DNA of 64,000 nucleotides from Phyllosticta citribraziliensis (Eukaryota): NCBI RefSeq assembly GCF_038025025.1, contig NW_027117341.1, positions 806,001-870,000 of the forward strand. The letters are read 5' to 3'. Position 1 is the first letter of the stretch; every line of letters begins with the position of its first letter. This document shows positions 33,553 through 46,589 of the stretch, piece by piece. The notes under the pieces were generated by a model. The model saw only the letters and a list, made by a program, of their open reading frames with translations. It ran no database searches and was not told where the DNA came from. The translations under genes and the position numbers were made by a program.

Positions 33553-36500
33553 TTACAACTGCCCACTGAGAATCGCTTCGGTAGCGCCTTAAATTCGACT
33601 GTTAGCACTGCAATACTTTGGAAGTCTCCGTGGTGTACTCACTTGAAATAAATGCCCTCTTAGGGTCCATGCTGACGCCAAACCTGTGCTCCAGCTCCAT
33701 TTTGATGCTCTTCTTCGTAACCGTCATCAGATCAGCCGTGCGCAGAATGTCGCGAAGCTCGGCCAAGATGGCGTCTTCGCTCGGCATGTGCGCCATGTCC
33801 GCCATCTCCATTCCGCCGTCGCCGTACGGCGTGCCGTAGCCGCTGGGCGCGAGGCTGAGCCGCGAGCCGTAGCGCGGAATCTCCATGCCGCCGCCCATGC
33901 CCGACATGGGCCGCGATGGCGGGAACCCGTACTCGGAGCCGCCGCCTCCGCCGTGGTAGACGTTGAGGTGCGACTTGGTGCCGTAGCTGAAGCCAGAAAC
34001 CTCGGAGCGGTCGTCGCGCTGCGTTTGCGCCTCCCAGAGCTCGACTTGGTATTCCTCCCACTTCTTCTTGGGGATCGAGGAAGGATCGAATTTGCCTTCG
34101 TCCGAAACGACAATCTTTTGTCCCTTTTCGCCTTGGATGACACGCGTATTACCCCAGGAGAAGTCGTCCATGTGCCAAAACGCGTACAATGGCAGACCGA
34201 GTGAGAAGATGGGCGTGGCGCAAATGTAGATAATCATCCAGCCAATCATTTCCCACTTACGGCGGAGGATGAAGATGATAGCCTGCAAACCATAAATGGC
34301 TCCGAGAAGGATGAAAGTCATGATGGGCACGGTGTCGGGGTGCGTTGCCAGGAGGACAATCATGTAGACGAGGTAACCGACGATGACGGGCTGAACAATG
34401 GTGGAGATGAGGTCGAGGAAAACGACGAAGCGCATACTGAAACAACAGAATCCGCAAAGCTGTTGCAGAGGGATGAGTTCGATCAAGTTGTGCACCGTCG
34501 AGTTGATCCAGCGACGACGTTGTGAGATGAAGACCTTGAAGTCGTCGGGAGCGATTGTCCATGCGTGCGCGCGGAAGATGTACTTGGTCTTGTACTGAGC
34601 GTGATGCTTGAGGAGCAACGTGGTCAAGTATCTGTCTTCTCCGAGGTGGAGCAGGTTCTTCATGTGGAGGGTATCCACGCGGTTGACGGCGTAGTTTTCG
34701 ACAACGTCCTTGCTCACGAAAAGTGGCTTACCAGTCTCGGCAGCGCGGATGCGGTACATGGAGAAACAACCAGGCAAGCAAGTGACGGAGCCAAAAAGGG
34801 ATTCGAAAGCCTTGGTAAGGTTGTGCGAGATGTAGTACTCGTACACCTGCATCATTGTGGTAAACGACGACTTGGCGTTGGAAAGAGCAGTCTCTCCACA
34901 AAGACCCAGTAGGCGTGTGTCGTGCAGGAAGGCAGCTATAAACCGAGTGGCGGCATCTGGTGCAACAACGGTATCGGCATCGATTTGCAGCAAGAACTCG
35001 TAAAATGTCGGATTGACGCCGATAATGTTCCGTATCTGGTGATGCAATTCGAGTTCGAGGGGAGCCATGGGCAGGTTGTAGTGGACACGGTTGAGGAAAC
35101 GCATCAGAACCATTTGGGAGTCACGCTTGCCACGGTTACCAGGCCTGCTACAAGTCAGTCATGTCAATCAAGTGACGTAAGAAATGCAATCATACCTCGA
35201 AACCTCAGAAGGCTTGCCAACCTTGACGACGACTACGAAAGGAACAATGTGACCCTGTACTTCATACAGACCAGAGTACACCTTGCCCATGTTGTGTTGC
35301 TTCATGCCTTCACCCAAACTTTCAAAGCTGAGTGGTTCGGGGTCCACGGCCTCGGAGACGCCCAAGATATCGAGTACAATCCTGGGAGTCGGTCTATCGT
35401 TGCCCTGTCCAATAATCATACCGTCACAAATGATGAAGAGAAGCTTGCGCTTGTCGTCATACTTCATGCGCGCGGCAGAGTCGATAGCACGACGGAGCGA
35501 ATCTTCGTCCTCAGTGTAGACTGGGACCGTGCAAATGAGGAACTTGTCCAGGTTCTCAGGCATGTTCTTCTTTCCAAACTGCAGCGCAGCCAAGAATTTG
35601 AACAAGATGACAGAGACTAGCAGGATGGAAATAGCGAGCAGCAGCCATTTGGCAAACACGCACCTAGTCGAGTTACGCGTGTCGACATCTCCAACATAGA
35701 AGAGGTAGTCCAGACAGCCTTGCATGTTCTCACGCATCGTCTGGTTGTATGATATCGATTGCCATAACTTGGTCACGTCTTGGCCGGCGCGAGCCTGGAA
35801 GAGTTGAACGGTTTGGTCGTCCATAAAGTCGGAGTCGATACCAGTCTTGGTGCCGTTGTACCACCACGGGAAGTCTGGATCACGGCCGCCGACAACGTAC
35901 GAGGTAAAGTCGTAGACCTTGCCGTGCAGAATGGCGATTGAATTTTGTTTCTTGGCCAACGTCTTGACATACTGGGGACTGTAACCGACGCGGCCCTTCA
36001 TGTAATTTGCCTTCATATACGTCTGCTGTTCCCAGAACCAGTCGGGTCGGCTGTCATTCGTCGCCCACCGGAAATCGTGGTAGAGGGCGTTTTTGTCGGT
36101 AGTACTGACCAAGGTGCCCGAGGAAGAGTAGTTGTGATTCTTGTAGTCGAGTTGAACGGCCGGGTTGATGGAGCCATCTTTGCCGTTGCAAAGGGCGGAC
36201 ACTTGAACCGGGAAAAGGTTTGTGGCATCCTTGCCGGCGTACTTTTTCAAGCTCTTGGTTGGGATGATGCTGGGATAATGGATTGGCATGAAGGCGTTCA
36301 AATCGTAAACGATGCCACGGATGGCAACGTATGATGACTTGCCGTTCTTTCCGTTGTAGCTGGTGAGTTCGGCTTCCGAGTAGACGTGTTGAGTTGGGCA
36401 AATGAGGTTGGGGAAACCAATCATGATGAAGATGACGCAGGCGCACATGAACCAGATGATGAAGTTGATGGCAACCTTTTCTCTCCAAGCCATGCGCACG

Positions 36501-39283
36501 TCGGGACGGGGCATCTTGCCAATCTTCCTGACCGCCCAGTCAGGCATCCACCAGGTCAATGCCCACACAAATCTCGTCCAACGTTTGCGGCTGCCAGAGA
36601 CCTTGACGGACTCGACTTCTTCCAGCTTGGTCTCGTTGCCCTTCTCCTCCATTTGTTCTCGGGTCTCTAACCCGTGGAACAAGTCACCATTGACTGCCGA
36701 GTGCCCTGCCTCGGAACGAGCGTCGAGCTCACGGCTTCCAAAGTAGCTGGCCTTGTCGTCCTGGTAAAGAGCACCAGGAGACGGGGTGCCCATGAGGTGG
36801 ACCCGGGACTCGTTGCGGTGGGCATCAGCGGGGGCAAGTAAGCCGTTGTCGTCGTCGTAGTCCCCTCCGATGTACCGGCTGCCACCGCCAGTGTGCATTG
36901 TGGACACATCGGCTATTTCGAGCCAACATCTCTCGCTGAGGAAGACGCCAGTGGCGCCGACTCGTGCCTCGTTCGACGGCCAACCCTTTTGATCCAAAAT
37001 CATCTCGGCTCTTTCCCGCTCAGAAGCCACCATGACAGCTTCCTGTTCAGCAAGGCCCAGGAATTCACCATATGGCAGGAAAAGAGTAAAGTCAGCGTTC
37101 CGAAGACGCTGGCTGATTTCGGCGATACCAAATGTTTGGACTTGAGACCTCACGCATTTGCTGTCGAATTGATTGGCGATGCGGCGGTCGTTGGGCTTCA
37201 AACAAAAGACAAAGTAGGGGTTGGTGTCTGATATGGCGAGGGACTTTGTTATGTTGTCGAGTGAGGCAAGGAATTGACCAGCAGCACCAGCTTGCTTGCC
37301 TGCACTCGCCTTTCGTTTCGTGGTCTGCGACACCTCGCTCATGGCATCATCCTCCTCCTCTTGCGGCTTCGCCTTGACCGAGCCAAAACGCGAAGGCCGC
37401 TGGCCTCTCTTAGCCATGCTGGGGGCGCGCATAGGCTTGGAGCTGACAGATGCTTGCATGACGGCAGATCTCTCCTTGGGATGCACCACAGTGTTGAGCG
37501 CATCTTGCTGGAAGAGTTCACGAAGAAAGTCGCTCTTGGTGTTGCGGACCAAGTTGAGAAGGTCGCCAGAAATGATGTCGCCATTCTCTTCGAGCAGGCC
37601 ATCAACGGGGTAATCCACCTCTCCAGCGTAGTGCTTGATTGTGAAAGCAGCAGTGTTGTTGGGCGTTGCGAAGTTGCTGCCGGGCATCACAGTTGTGGAG
37701 CTGCCGACAATGATGGACTGGTTCTTGTTTTGGAAACGCTTTCGCAAACTCTCCAAAAACTGCAAATCCGTCTTGCCGCGCTTCATCTGGTCGTCAAGGA
37801 TGCTCAACAGACCCACGCCGGGCTTCAGCAGACCTTTGACTGCTTCCGAGTTGTCAAAGTAGCTGGTCTGGGGAATGCTGACTTCCTCGGTTGACAGGAA
37901 CTCATCTTGCTTTTCGAAAAAGCTTTGCAGGGCGTAGTTGTACAAGCACTCGGAGGCAGCGTTGGTGAGGAGCTGGTCAAGGGTGGAACCGGTCGAGGAG
38001 ACCTGAGAAAAGCCGGGGAAATCAACGATAGAGACAGTGTTTGAAACAGCGTCGTCCATTGCACAAACTCGCTGGTTGATCGTCTCCATGACGTAGGCCA
38101 CGAGCAAAGCATACAGGGTCCTGGCAAGCTCATCGGCATTCTGGCGAGCTCCCTTCGGATCGAGCATGACGGTCACACGCTCTCGGTGAAGGGTCTTTGA
38201 TTTGTAGCCCAAGCTCTGCTCCAGGTCCTCCATGCTGACACCCATGAAAGCAGCAACGATGGAAAGAGTCTCCTTGTTCTTGACAATAGTGACATTTTCG
38301 CCGCCTTCATGCGAGTACCCACCACTGTCGTCGGCCGTTGGAGTAGTAGCTTTGCCGGTTGCAAATTCGAGCTGTCCGATGTGAAGGATGACTGCAAGAA
38401 TCTGACAGATTTCGGCAATGTCGCTGCGAGGGAACTCGAGCTTCCTCAGGGCGTTCTTGAATTGCTGGAAACCCTCTTCGTCATTAACGCCAACCTTGAG
38501 TTGGGTCGGGTGGCCGAGATAGCGCCATCTTTTGGTGCCACCGGTGATTCTGCGGCCGTCGGGCCCATGGTTTGCATCAAGGCCGAGATGTTGCTTCTCG
38601 GCCGCACTTGTGCCCGCGAGCAGATAGTACAAAATGTGGAAGCTGCGCTCGCCGGTGGGGACGGAAGCGATTCTGCTGCGTTCCAACCTGTGGTCCAAAA
38701 TCTTGCCTCCAATAAGCGTGGGATGAGTCGAGGTTGCCGTGTCATATTGGAGCTCAAGGAAAAGACCGGCTTTGGAAGCAATGGGCGTTGTCAGGGATTT
38801 TGTGCTCGTCAGCGTGTCAAAAACAAATGACGCGTACGAGATCTTGGAGGACAAGGGCGTCGACGAGAATGCAAGCAACGACGAAAGCAAGTGGCAACGC
38901 AGCGTCGTCTTGCCAGAACCAGATTCACCACTACAACCAGTCGTTAGCGAGCGGACAGAATTGTTTCGAAACACAACTTACAGAAAGAGGACGGCCTGGT
39001 TCTCGCTGCGGTGGCCTAGCCTCAACCAAGCCCTCTTGGCCAGGTCCTGGCAGGCGCCCATTGCGCTTCCCTCGACTTCTCCATTTGGGCCTCTCGACGA
39101 CGAGGTGTAGGTGTTGAGGGATACCAGACCGTGCGAAGAGAGCTGGGCGGTGGGATAGTGGGCGTGAAAGCGGCTCGCGATGTGTGCGGTGATGTGGGTA
39201 TCTGACTGCAAGTGGCCTGGCAAAGCCGGCAGCGAAGCCTGGAGGTGCTGGGCTTGCGAGTTGCCCATGGAGTGTAGGGCCAT
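33553..39283 (-). CDS. csmA: Class V chitin synthase with myosin motor-like domain
   Basis: [16 protein letters not shown]-terminus, P-loop GESGSGKT, cytochrome b5-like segments, LGEDRYL, QRRRW and a DEK-C tail. Introns 38931-38981, 35145-35195, 33588-33642; ends [11 protein letters not shown]. Confidence 0.95.
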
Positions 39284-40574
39284 GACTGCGGCCGAGTCCC
39301 AATGGCGGGACTGGTGTGTGGAGGTGTCTGATGGGAAGACGGGCCGGAGTCGAGTGCAGCTGGCGAGTTGTAAGGGGGGGAGGAGAGGACGGGCTCGGGG
39401 GGTCGGGGTCGGGCACGTGGGAAGGGCGCGGTGTTTAGGGATGCAGTTCAGCGGCGGCGGCGTCGCGGACGGGGGAGGAGGTGGACGAAGAGTTGAGCGA
39501 GCGTCGTTGGCGTGTAAACGAGCGAAGAGGGAGGATAGTTTGCGGTAGGAGGCGGGAGGAGCAGAAGGAAGGAAGCAAAAGAAAGGGCGGCGGAGGTGGA
39601 GGAGGCGGAAGAGGAAGAGGAATTGGCAAGCCAGGTCAGGTCAGGTCGGGTAGGAAGAAGTGGCAGCGGGCTTTGGTGTTGAGCATCGGGCGTCCAAACC
39701 GAGCCGAAGGATGTAGCGGTAGCGTCGGCAAAGGGCGAGACGCGGGCTGGAGCCGGTGCTGCTAGTGCACTCCACTGCTGGTGGTGGTGGTGGTGGTGGC
39801 GCCCGGGCCCAATGAAATCCCAAGTCCCAAGAGGCTCGGGCTCAGGCAGGCCACCTCCCGGCTTCCCCCCTACTCGTACAGCCAGGCGGCGGCTAAGAAT
39901 AGCGCCCATCACGAACTGATGCGACGTCCCGAATAGGCCAGGCCAGGCCAGCGGATATGGTCAACGGAACTGAAGACGGCTCAGCATGCCATGCCCGCAG
40001 TCCGCAATCCGTTTGCCACACGGCACGAGCGGTGAGGACGGACTGAGGAGCATCAGGAGAAGACGAAGAATTCTGGTGTCGCTATACCCCTGCCTGCCCC
40101 TGCTTGCCTGCCCGGCTCCCAGCTCCCAGCGCCAGCTCCCAGCCTCGAGGCCGGTGGCAGCTGTCACAAGTCCCTCCCAGCCACGATGGTGGAGACGAAG
40201 ACTGTACGTGTAGGGAGCGTGGATTGGCGCTGCCGTGGCACTGCTCCTGCACCCTACGCACTCGACTCGACATTGGCGACTGGCGCGACCATGATTGCCA
40301 ATTGCCAATTGCCTGCGGGACAGGCCGCGGCGAGGGTGCAGATCGCGGCGACGCGTCAGAGAGTCGAGTCCGGGGAATCCAAACCTGGGCGATGGAGTTA
40401 TTTTGACGGCCCCAGCCGCTTCACCATTGCAAGCAGCTCTCCAGCAATAATTGCCTTCGTTCTTTCTCACGTCGACTAGGTACTACTCTACGCTAGCGGG
40501 AGGCGGCAGCGGGTTTCGCATAAAGGCGTCTCTGCCCGCCCCGCGCATGCCCGTGTTTTGGCCCCTAAGGCACG

Positions 40575-40584
40575 CTAAATTTAG
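40575..40584. promoter_or_regulatory. Rlm1/RlmA (MEF2-type MADS) box in the csmA-csmB shared promoter
   Basis: Perfect palindromic CTAAATTTAG = CTA(A/T)4TAG. A near-match CTAAGAATAG lies at 39893-39902. Confidence 0.55.
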
Positions 40585-41092
40585 TCCGACTACAACAGAC
40601 AACAGGGGGGGGCCCTCTCCACTCCACTCCACTCCACTGTCGACCGACCGACTGACTGTTCGACAACATCCATCGTCAGGCCCGTCGCCTTCGATACCCT
40701 GCCCTGCCCGTCCCTTCCCTTCCCTTCTGTTCTGCTGCCCGCCCGTCCGCTCGCTCCAGTTGTCGACGCCCAGAGCCTCTCTTAGCCCTTTTCCCAATTC
40801 TCCTTCCCTTCACCTGCCTGTCTACTACTCCACTCCTCTCCTCACCTCTCCTCAAACTCTCTGCACCACCACCTTCGTTTTTTGAAATCTTCGCCTCCTT
40901 CGTTGCCTGGCCCAGCCTCCCCTCGCCCGGCCGCTGATCACCCGCTTCGCTGTCGCTGCTACCTCAATCACCACCCATGAGCCTCCCTCTCACGCCGCCG
41001 CCGCCGCCGCCGTCAACTCTGTAATCGACATTCCTCGACTGCCTCTCGATTCCGACGCTGGTCTTCGTCTCGGACCACGAGCCTGAGCCACC

Positions 41093-44000
41093 ATGGCTTC
41101 CTTCAACAATCGCTTCTCCACCTACTCGAACCTTTCCAACAACACGCCTCGCCCCGGTCATAGCCCCGCTGCACAGCAGGTCTCGACGAGCACCCTGCTC
41201 AACGCCCTCCACACTGCCTACCAATCGCGAGAACCATACTACCTCGAGTCGAGCACAAGCATCGTCGTCAACACCTGGGTCACTGCCGGAGAGATTGGCC
41301 CCGACGGTCGCTATGGCGGCACTGTAGATTTAGAACTTGGCCGAAAAGCCTGGGAGCATGCCCGTCGGAGGGCCGAGGACGGTTGTATTGTTTTAGGGTA
41401 TGTCGCCTCACCCCGTCCTGTCCCTCCCTGTCCGTTGTTTACCACATTTCCGTTTTCGTTTCCGGTTCCTGGCTGACCCCGCCGCAACAGCTCGCTGCAC
41501 GAATCCACTCCGTCTCTGTTCGCACCCTTCGTTTCCGTCCTCCCTCTGTCCGTGCCTTCGTCCTTCTACACCGCACTGAGCGTGATACGCGCCTTCACCC
41601 ACTGCGTCACCCCGCAAAACCCCTCTCTGCCTCGCTATTCGGCTCTCGGTGCTACATTCAACCTGAATCTCGAGGGCACTCTTACAGCAGCTTCGCTGGC
41701 CCTCTCAACCTCTGGCATTGACACCAAGAGGGGTCTCACTGATATTCCCTCCGAAGCTGGCCACCGAGCTTTTGACGTCTTTTATTATCTCAACTCCCCC
41801 TCGGCCACGCGCCAGGAAAGGGAGACGCTCAACCTGAAGCCTCTCTCCGACTATGCCCTCCTCAGCAAGTCTGGCACTTATTTCCCTCCAAACTACCTCC
41901 CCACCGCCGATGATGCCGCTGCTGCCGAGGACTGGCGTGAAAACCTCAAGCAGCTCGGAATCAGGGGTCCGTCTTTGAGATCCCTCATCATGGCCCTTGT
42001 TGGCATTTTGAAGCTTGGTGACAGTCTGGGTTTCCTCGTTGACGAGGAGGTTCTTGACTCAACGACCCAAGAGTTCGGCGATCTCTTGGACATTGACCCC
42101 GAAATTCTCAGGAAGAAGTGCGATACCTTGGAGCGCGAGGTCTTGGTCGCTGGTTTGTACGAGGCGATTCTGGACTGGGTTATTACCAAGGCCAACGAAA
42201 CCATCCGCAACGAGATTCGCGGCCACCCTCCTGGCTCATCAAACGACAGCGACGCCGATGGAGCTTTCACGCCGCAAACTGCTGAAGAGGACGGGGACTG
42301 CGTGAGCATTACTGTCATGGAAATCCCCAGTGAGGTTCTTGGCAAAGCCGTCGCTATGCGCACTGTTTTTGATGACGACGAGGGCATCAATGCCGAGATG
42401 AAGGAGGATGGCGTCGTCTTCGACCCAGCAGGCGCTTCGGTGGCTCGTGAGATGAAGGCTGCTGTTGCCGAGTGCGAAGCAGACCTGGGCATCACATCCG
42501 GTCCAGCGGCCCGCGAAGTCGAGCAAGATCGAGAACGCCGCGAGGTCGTTTTGGAAAAGATTGCGCACGAGTCGGAGGCCGACAGTTTTCTCAAAGAGTT
42601 GTTGATGCCCGTTGATGGCCAGGGTGTAGTCTTGGGCAAGCAAGGCAGATTTGACTTGTCGGCAGTCATCAACAGCAGCAGGGCATGGTTCCACCTGGAC
42701 CTGCACCCGACCGACGATAGCCCTGCATCTCTGGCTAACGCCACCTCTACCGGTGGTTGGTCTGCTGCCTCTGTCTCCCGTCAGCTTCGCGCCTGGCGCT
42801 TGCCCGAATGGGCAAACCGTCGCAACCGCCTCCTCGACTTCACTGCCGACTTTGAATACGAGGAATTCTGTCAGAGATACGCCCCCCTCGGTTGTTTTGA
42901 AGGCCGCGAAGGCGTCGAGAGCTGGCTCCTCGAGCGAGGCTGGAGCAACGGCGAGGTCGTATGTGGCAAGGAGCGTGTTTGGATGCGCGAGTCTGCCTGG
43001 TGGGAAGCTGAGAGCATGCGCGATATGAAAGCCAACGACATGCTGGCCGGCGTGCCTCCTTCAACCGGAATGGAGACTGGGTATTCTGTGCAAAGTCCCG
43101 GACTTGGGAGCGGGTTCTTTGGCCCTCAATTCGGCGACCAGGTCACGCTCCAAGGCAGCCGTGACAACTTGGCCGCTCAACCGTCCCCCAACATTGAAAC
43201 CCACAGTATCATCGGCGGCAAGTCGCTTGCTCCGACAACCAACACTACCCATCAGAAGCTGAGCGGTGGTGACTATGGTCTCGGATACAAGGGCGACGAT
43301 AAGCACGGCGTCACCTACTACGGCGACGAAGAGCTCGGCGATACCAAGATTGTCACTGAGCAACCCATGTCTGCTTCGCGCAAGTATTGGGTCTGGTTCG
43401 TCTGGGCCATGACGTGGTGGATTCCCTCTTTCCTCCTCAAGTTCATTGGTCGCATGAAGCGTCCTGATGTTCGCATGGCGTGGCGAGAAAAGTTTACGCT
43501 CATGATCATCATCTTTTTCCTCAACGTCGTCGTCGTTTTCTACATTATTGAATTTGGCAAGCTGCTCTGCCCTAATTTCGACAAGGCCTGGAGCACCAAG
43601 GAAGTCAGCTATCACCAAGGAAAGGAAGACTTCTGGGTCAGCCACCATGGCAAGGTCTACGACATTACCAAGTTCTGGAGAGTCCAGCACTCGGATCGCA
43701 CTGGCTACGATGTAACGACCACCAACATGGAGCCCTTGATGGGTCTCAATCTCGACGCATACATCATTCCGCCCATTGCTCTGGCGTGTCCCAACTTGAA
43801 GATCAACAGCACCATTGGAGCTCTTCAATTCAACGACACCACTGCCACGCAGGCGAGTCCGCAGGCAACTCACGTGTCGGGCCCGCGCAACCAGCCCGAC
43901 ACGTCGACCGCTCTCCACAAGGAGGACTGGTACACGACAAACTTCCTTCCAAAAATGAAGGAGTACTACAAGGGTGACCTTGTCTACACCAAATCGAAAA

Positions 44001-46589
44001 TCAAGAGCGAGGGCACAAACAAACAGCGCTACTGGTCCATCATCGACGACAAGATCTACGACTTGACCAATTACTTTTACACGCAGGACACGTTCAACGG
44101 CGACTCTACCTACGAGTACCTAAACAGCAAAGTTGAAAATCTCTTCAAAAACAATGCTGGCGGCGACATCAGCTCGGATTGGAAAGCCCTAGACGAAAGC
44201 ATCCAGCTTCCCAACCTGCAGTGCATTCAAAATATGTTTTACGTCGGCAAGACGGACTTCCGCAAATCACCCAAATGTCAAGTCAACAACTACATCCTGC
44301 TGGCCTTCACAATCATTCTCTGCGCCGTCATCTTGATCAAATTCTTAGCGGCGTTGCAACTAGGCTCCAAACGACGACCAGCGGCCCAGGACAAGTTCGT
44401 CATCTGTCAAGTCCCCGCATATACCGAAGGCGAGGATCAGCTTCGGAAGGGTCTGGATTCGCTCACTGCCTTGTCATATGACAACAAGCGCAAGCTCATT
44501 TGTGTCATCTGCGACGGCATGATTGTCGGTGGTGGTAATGACCGGCCGACTCCCAAGATCGTCCTCGACATTCTCGGTGTTGATCCCAAGGTCGATCCTC
44601 CGGCCCTTCCATTCAAGTCTGTTGGTCGAGGACAGGAACAACTCAACTATGGCAAAGTCTACTCTGGACTCTACGAATACGAAGGCAACGTCGTGCCGTA
44701 CATTGTTGTCGTCAAGGTCGGCAAGGAGTCTGAGCAACAAAAGTCGAAGCCAGGCAACCGTGGCAAACGTGATTCTCAGATTCTGCTCATGAGCTTCCTC
44801 AACCGCGTTCACCACCGCGCTCCAATGTCTCCGCTGGAACTCGAAATGTTTCACCAAGTCAACAACGTCATTGGTGTGGATCCCGAGCTTTACGAATATG
44901 TTCTCATGGTCGACGCCGATACCATGGTCAAAGAAGATTCTCTCAACCGCCTGGTCGCCAGCTGCGCCAACGACGCCAAGATTGCCGGCATCTGCGGTGA
45001 AACGAGTCTAGAAAACGAGGAACGCTCCTGGTGGACAATGATTCAAGTCTACGAATACTACATTTCTCACCACTTGGCCAAGGCTTTCGAAAGTTTGTTT
45101 GGCAGTGTCACCTGTCTTCCTGGATGGTAAGTCTCCGCACCCGACGAGATGGATCCCTGCTAACTGAGCTAGTTTTTGCATGTATCGTCTGCGCACCGCT
45201 GACAAGGGCAAGCCCTTGATCATCTCGGACAAGGTCATCAATGATTACAGCGACTGCGATGTCGACACCTTGCACAAGAAGAATCTCTTGTCCCTTGGTG
45301 AGGATCGTTATCTGACCACGCTCATGACCAAGCACTTCCCTGCCATGTCGTACAAGTTTGTTCCGGACGCGTACGCCCAAACGGCAGCTCCCGATACTTT
45401 CAGCATCCTGCTCTCCCAGAGACGTCGTTGGATCAACTCGACCATTCACAACCTTGCCGAATTGGTGTGGCTCAAGGACCTCTGCGGTTTCTGCTGCTTC
45501 TCCATGCGTTTCGTCGTCTTCATTGATCTCTTCGGAACCATCATCCTGCCAGCTACCTGCGCATACTTGGCATACCTCATCTACAAGGTTGCCAGTCACA
45601 GCGGCCAGTTCCCCTTGATTTCCATCATCATGATAGCGGCCGTGTACGGTCTCCAAGCCATCATCTTCATCATCAAGAGACAGTGGCAACACGTGGGCTG
45701 GATGATCATCTACATCATGGCCTATCCCATCTACTCGTTTGTTCTGCCCGTCTATTCGTTCTGGAAGCAGGACGACTTTTCGTGGGGAAACACTCGCGTT
45801 GTCATTGGAGAAAAGGGCAACAAGCAGATTGTCGCCGTGGACGACACCACAGGCTTTGACCCGCAGAGCATCCCGCTCCAGCGTTGGGACGACTATGCCA
45901 TGGCGAACAACCTCCCCGGCCGCCGCGGTCTTGCACCTGGCGAAAAGGGCCTCAACCAATACGAAGAAGAGGCCTATGAGATGAACGACATGGCCTCTGT
46001 CTACAGCTCCGTCAAGCCTGCATCGACGGTCCTCTCCAACTTCCAACACGGTGGACCAATGCACATGCCGCCGCAATCGCCAGGCCCATATGCTGGCATG
46101 GGCGCACACCGCCAAAGCGCATACAGCAACTTTTCGCGCTACACAGACAACCCGCAATTTGACCACTCGCGAAACATGTCGCTCGGTAACCGCTCGAATT
46201 CGCCGTACGGCGCTGGCGCGCACCAACCGCGGCAGTCAACGGCCTCGCTTGGCGGCGGACATGCGTACCAGCAATCCTCGGACAACCTGCTCGCAACGCC
46301 TGGGCGGGGCACGCCTGCTTTTGGTGCCAACCCGCGCCAGCGGTCACCGCTGTCCAACCAGTCGCGACCTCTTTCGACTGGCATGGACTTCCAACGCGGC
46401 AACCTGAGCGGCCCCAGTGATGCGCAAATAACAGCCGCCATCAAGGACTGCCTGCGCGAGGTTGACCTCGACAACGTTACGAAGAAGCAGCTCAAGGCGC
46501 TGACAGAGCAGCGGCTGCAGACGCAGCTGAGCGGGGAGCGCAGAGTGTTTGTGGATCAGATGATTGATCACGAGCTGGCCAACATGTAG
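41093..46589 (+). CDS. csmB: Class VII chitin synthase with a degenerate myosin motor-like domain
   Basis: [12 protein letters not shown]...[18 protein letters not shown]-terminus, no P-loop, LGEDRYL, QRRRW, DEK-C tail. Exons 41093-41397, 41491-45126, 45173-46589. Confidence 0.95.
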
